From Fidelibacterota bacterium CG08_land_8_20_14_0_20_45_22 (lineage in GTDB: Bacteria; Fidelibacterota; UBA2242): DNA of 64,000 bases. Below are positions 63,366-64,000 of the stretch, one piece after another. The DNA is taken from NCBI GenBank assembly GCA_002774355.1, contig PEYN01000018.1:91-64090 (forward strand), written 5' to 3'. The position numbers and the translations under genes are program-made. The notes beneath the pieces were generated by a model. The model was not told the origin of the DNA, did no database searches, and saw only the letters and a list, made by a program, of their open reading frames with translations. Numbering within the stretch: position 1 is the stretch's first letter; each line of letters starts with the position of its first letter.

Positions 63366-64000
63366 TTATCTAAGATTTTTCCTAAAGAACAGCAGGTGAT
63401 ATTCAAGAGCATTCGTCCAGTAGCCCCAGCTATGGGTGCCGGGTCGTTCGATATAATCATGCGGAATCTTCAGATCTAATAGTTTTTTATGCAGTAAAAC
63501 ATTGGTTTGAAATAGAAAATCATCCACGCCGCAGTCGATTAAAATCGCCTTGTTGCGCCCGACCAACCGATCAGCTAAAAATAAGGCGGAGTTACTTTCC
63601 CATCTTTGCCGATTGGTTTCATAATTGCCCAGAAGATCGGCCAGCCCGGCCCGGCGATTGCCATCGGACATCGACATAGCGCCACTCAGGCATCCGGCGC
63701 CGGCAAAGCGTTCCGGATATTTCGCCAGCAGGGTAAATGCGCCATGCCCACCCATGCTTAAACCGCACAGAAAACGTCCGGTGGAATCGGCGACCGTGCG
63801 GTAGTTATTATCAATGAATGCGACGACCTCTTTGGCAATGTAAGTTTCGTATTGCGAGTCCTTTTTCAGGGGACTGTCCACATACCAACCGGCATAGCCG
63901 CCGTCAGGACAGACGATGATGAAACCATATTTATCAGCCAGCGGTTTTAGATCCATTTTAGTTGGCCAGTCGCGATAGGAACCGCTCCTGCCGTGCAGAA
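63366..64000 (-). CDS. Esterase-family alpha/beta hydrolase (PF00756-like), 5' end beyond window
   Basis: GLSMGGHGA nucleophile elbow; the reading frame stays open to the window edge (…LHGRSGSYRDWPTKMDLKP), so the true N-terminus lies outside the window. Confidence 0.75.
   Translation of the reverse strand, partial: LHGRSGSYRDWPTKMDLKPLADKYGFIIVCPDGGYAGWYVDSPLKKDSQYETYIAKEVVAFIDNNYRTVADSTGRFLCGLSMGGHGAFTLLAKYPERFAGAGCLSGAMSMSDGNRRAGLADLLGNYETNRQRWESNSALFLADRLVGRNKAILIDCGVDDFLFQTNVLLHKKLLDLKIPHDYIERPGTHSWGYWTNALEYHLLFFRKNLR

Overview
This 64 kb window comes from a roughly 50% GC bacterium that carries type IX secretion (T9SS) C-terminal sorting domains and a Bacteroidota-like promoter. It is probably an FCB-group anaerobe; the phylum cannot be fixed from sequence alone.

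The left half (1-43 kb) holds ordinary genes on both strands:
- a POT peptide transporter;
- an RND efflux operon (adaptor, pump, outer-membrane factor) in which the pump carries a frameshift and the outer-membrane factor an in-frame TGA;
- ppdK, a DUF4143 ATPase, carA and carB;
- a T9SS cargo gene whose C-terminal sorting domain is cleanly split by an IS5-family insertion; the 6-bp target duplication and the displaced 3' remnant are both identifiable;
- an RluA-family pseudouridine synthase, an unusual TrpF-Smr fusion and glmS;
- a beta-lactamase-fold hydrolase and a VanX-type dipeptidase;
- an S9 peptidase homolog that has lost its catalytic Ser and Asp;
- exbB-exbD-exbD-tonB, an S41 protease, fRMsr, an HGSNAT-like acyltransferase and a type II restriction-modification pair.

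The right half (43.8-62.6 kb) is entirely on the minus strand. It is a counterpart of the E. coli ygeV-ygeW-ygeY...ygfJ-ygfM-xdhD anaerobic purine / molybdenum hydroxylase locus:
- a PAS sigma-54 activator;
- a YgeW-type carbamoyltransferase and a YgeY-type M20 peptidase;
- a PLP fold-II enzyme, a MocA-like transferase and XdhC;
- CoxL/CoxS/CoxM-like molybdenum, 2Fe-2S and FAD subunits.

Two things make this half stand out.
- An embedded module sits behind a candidate sigma-54 promoter. It holds three NifX/NafY-like genes, two MinD/Mrp ATPases with ferredoxin inserts, a radical SAM enzyme, a DUF89 phosphatase, a TrmO-like protein, a DUF5320 protein and a 1-Cys peroxiredoxin. None of these has a characterised function in this context. 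I read the module as a candidate metallocofactor maturation or delivery system for the molybdenum hydroxylase.
- The operon is colonised by a family of small elements bounded by inverted repeats. One carries a four-helix-bundle (23S-IVS-type) gene, two carry GxxExxY (PD-(D/E)xK-like) genes, and one is an ORF-less 143-bp derivative. Their terminal repeats now encode the ends of neighbouring genes.

Smaller observations:
- a dispersed ~90-bp repeat upstream of two genes;
- two 28-bp direct repeats upstream of the PLP enzyme gene;
- a 9-mer tandem repeat;
- several disrupted genes that need read-level verification.
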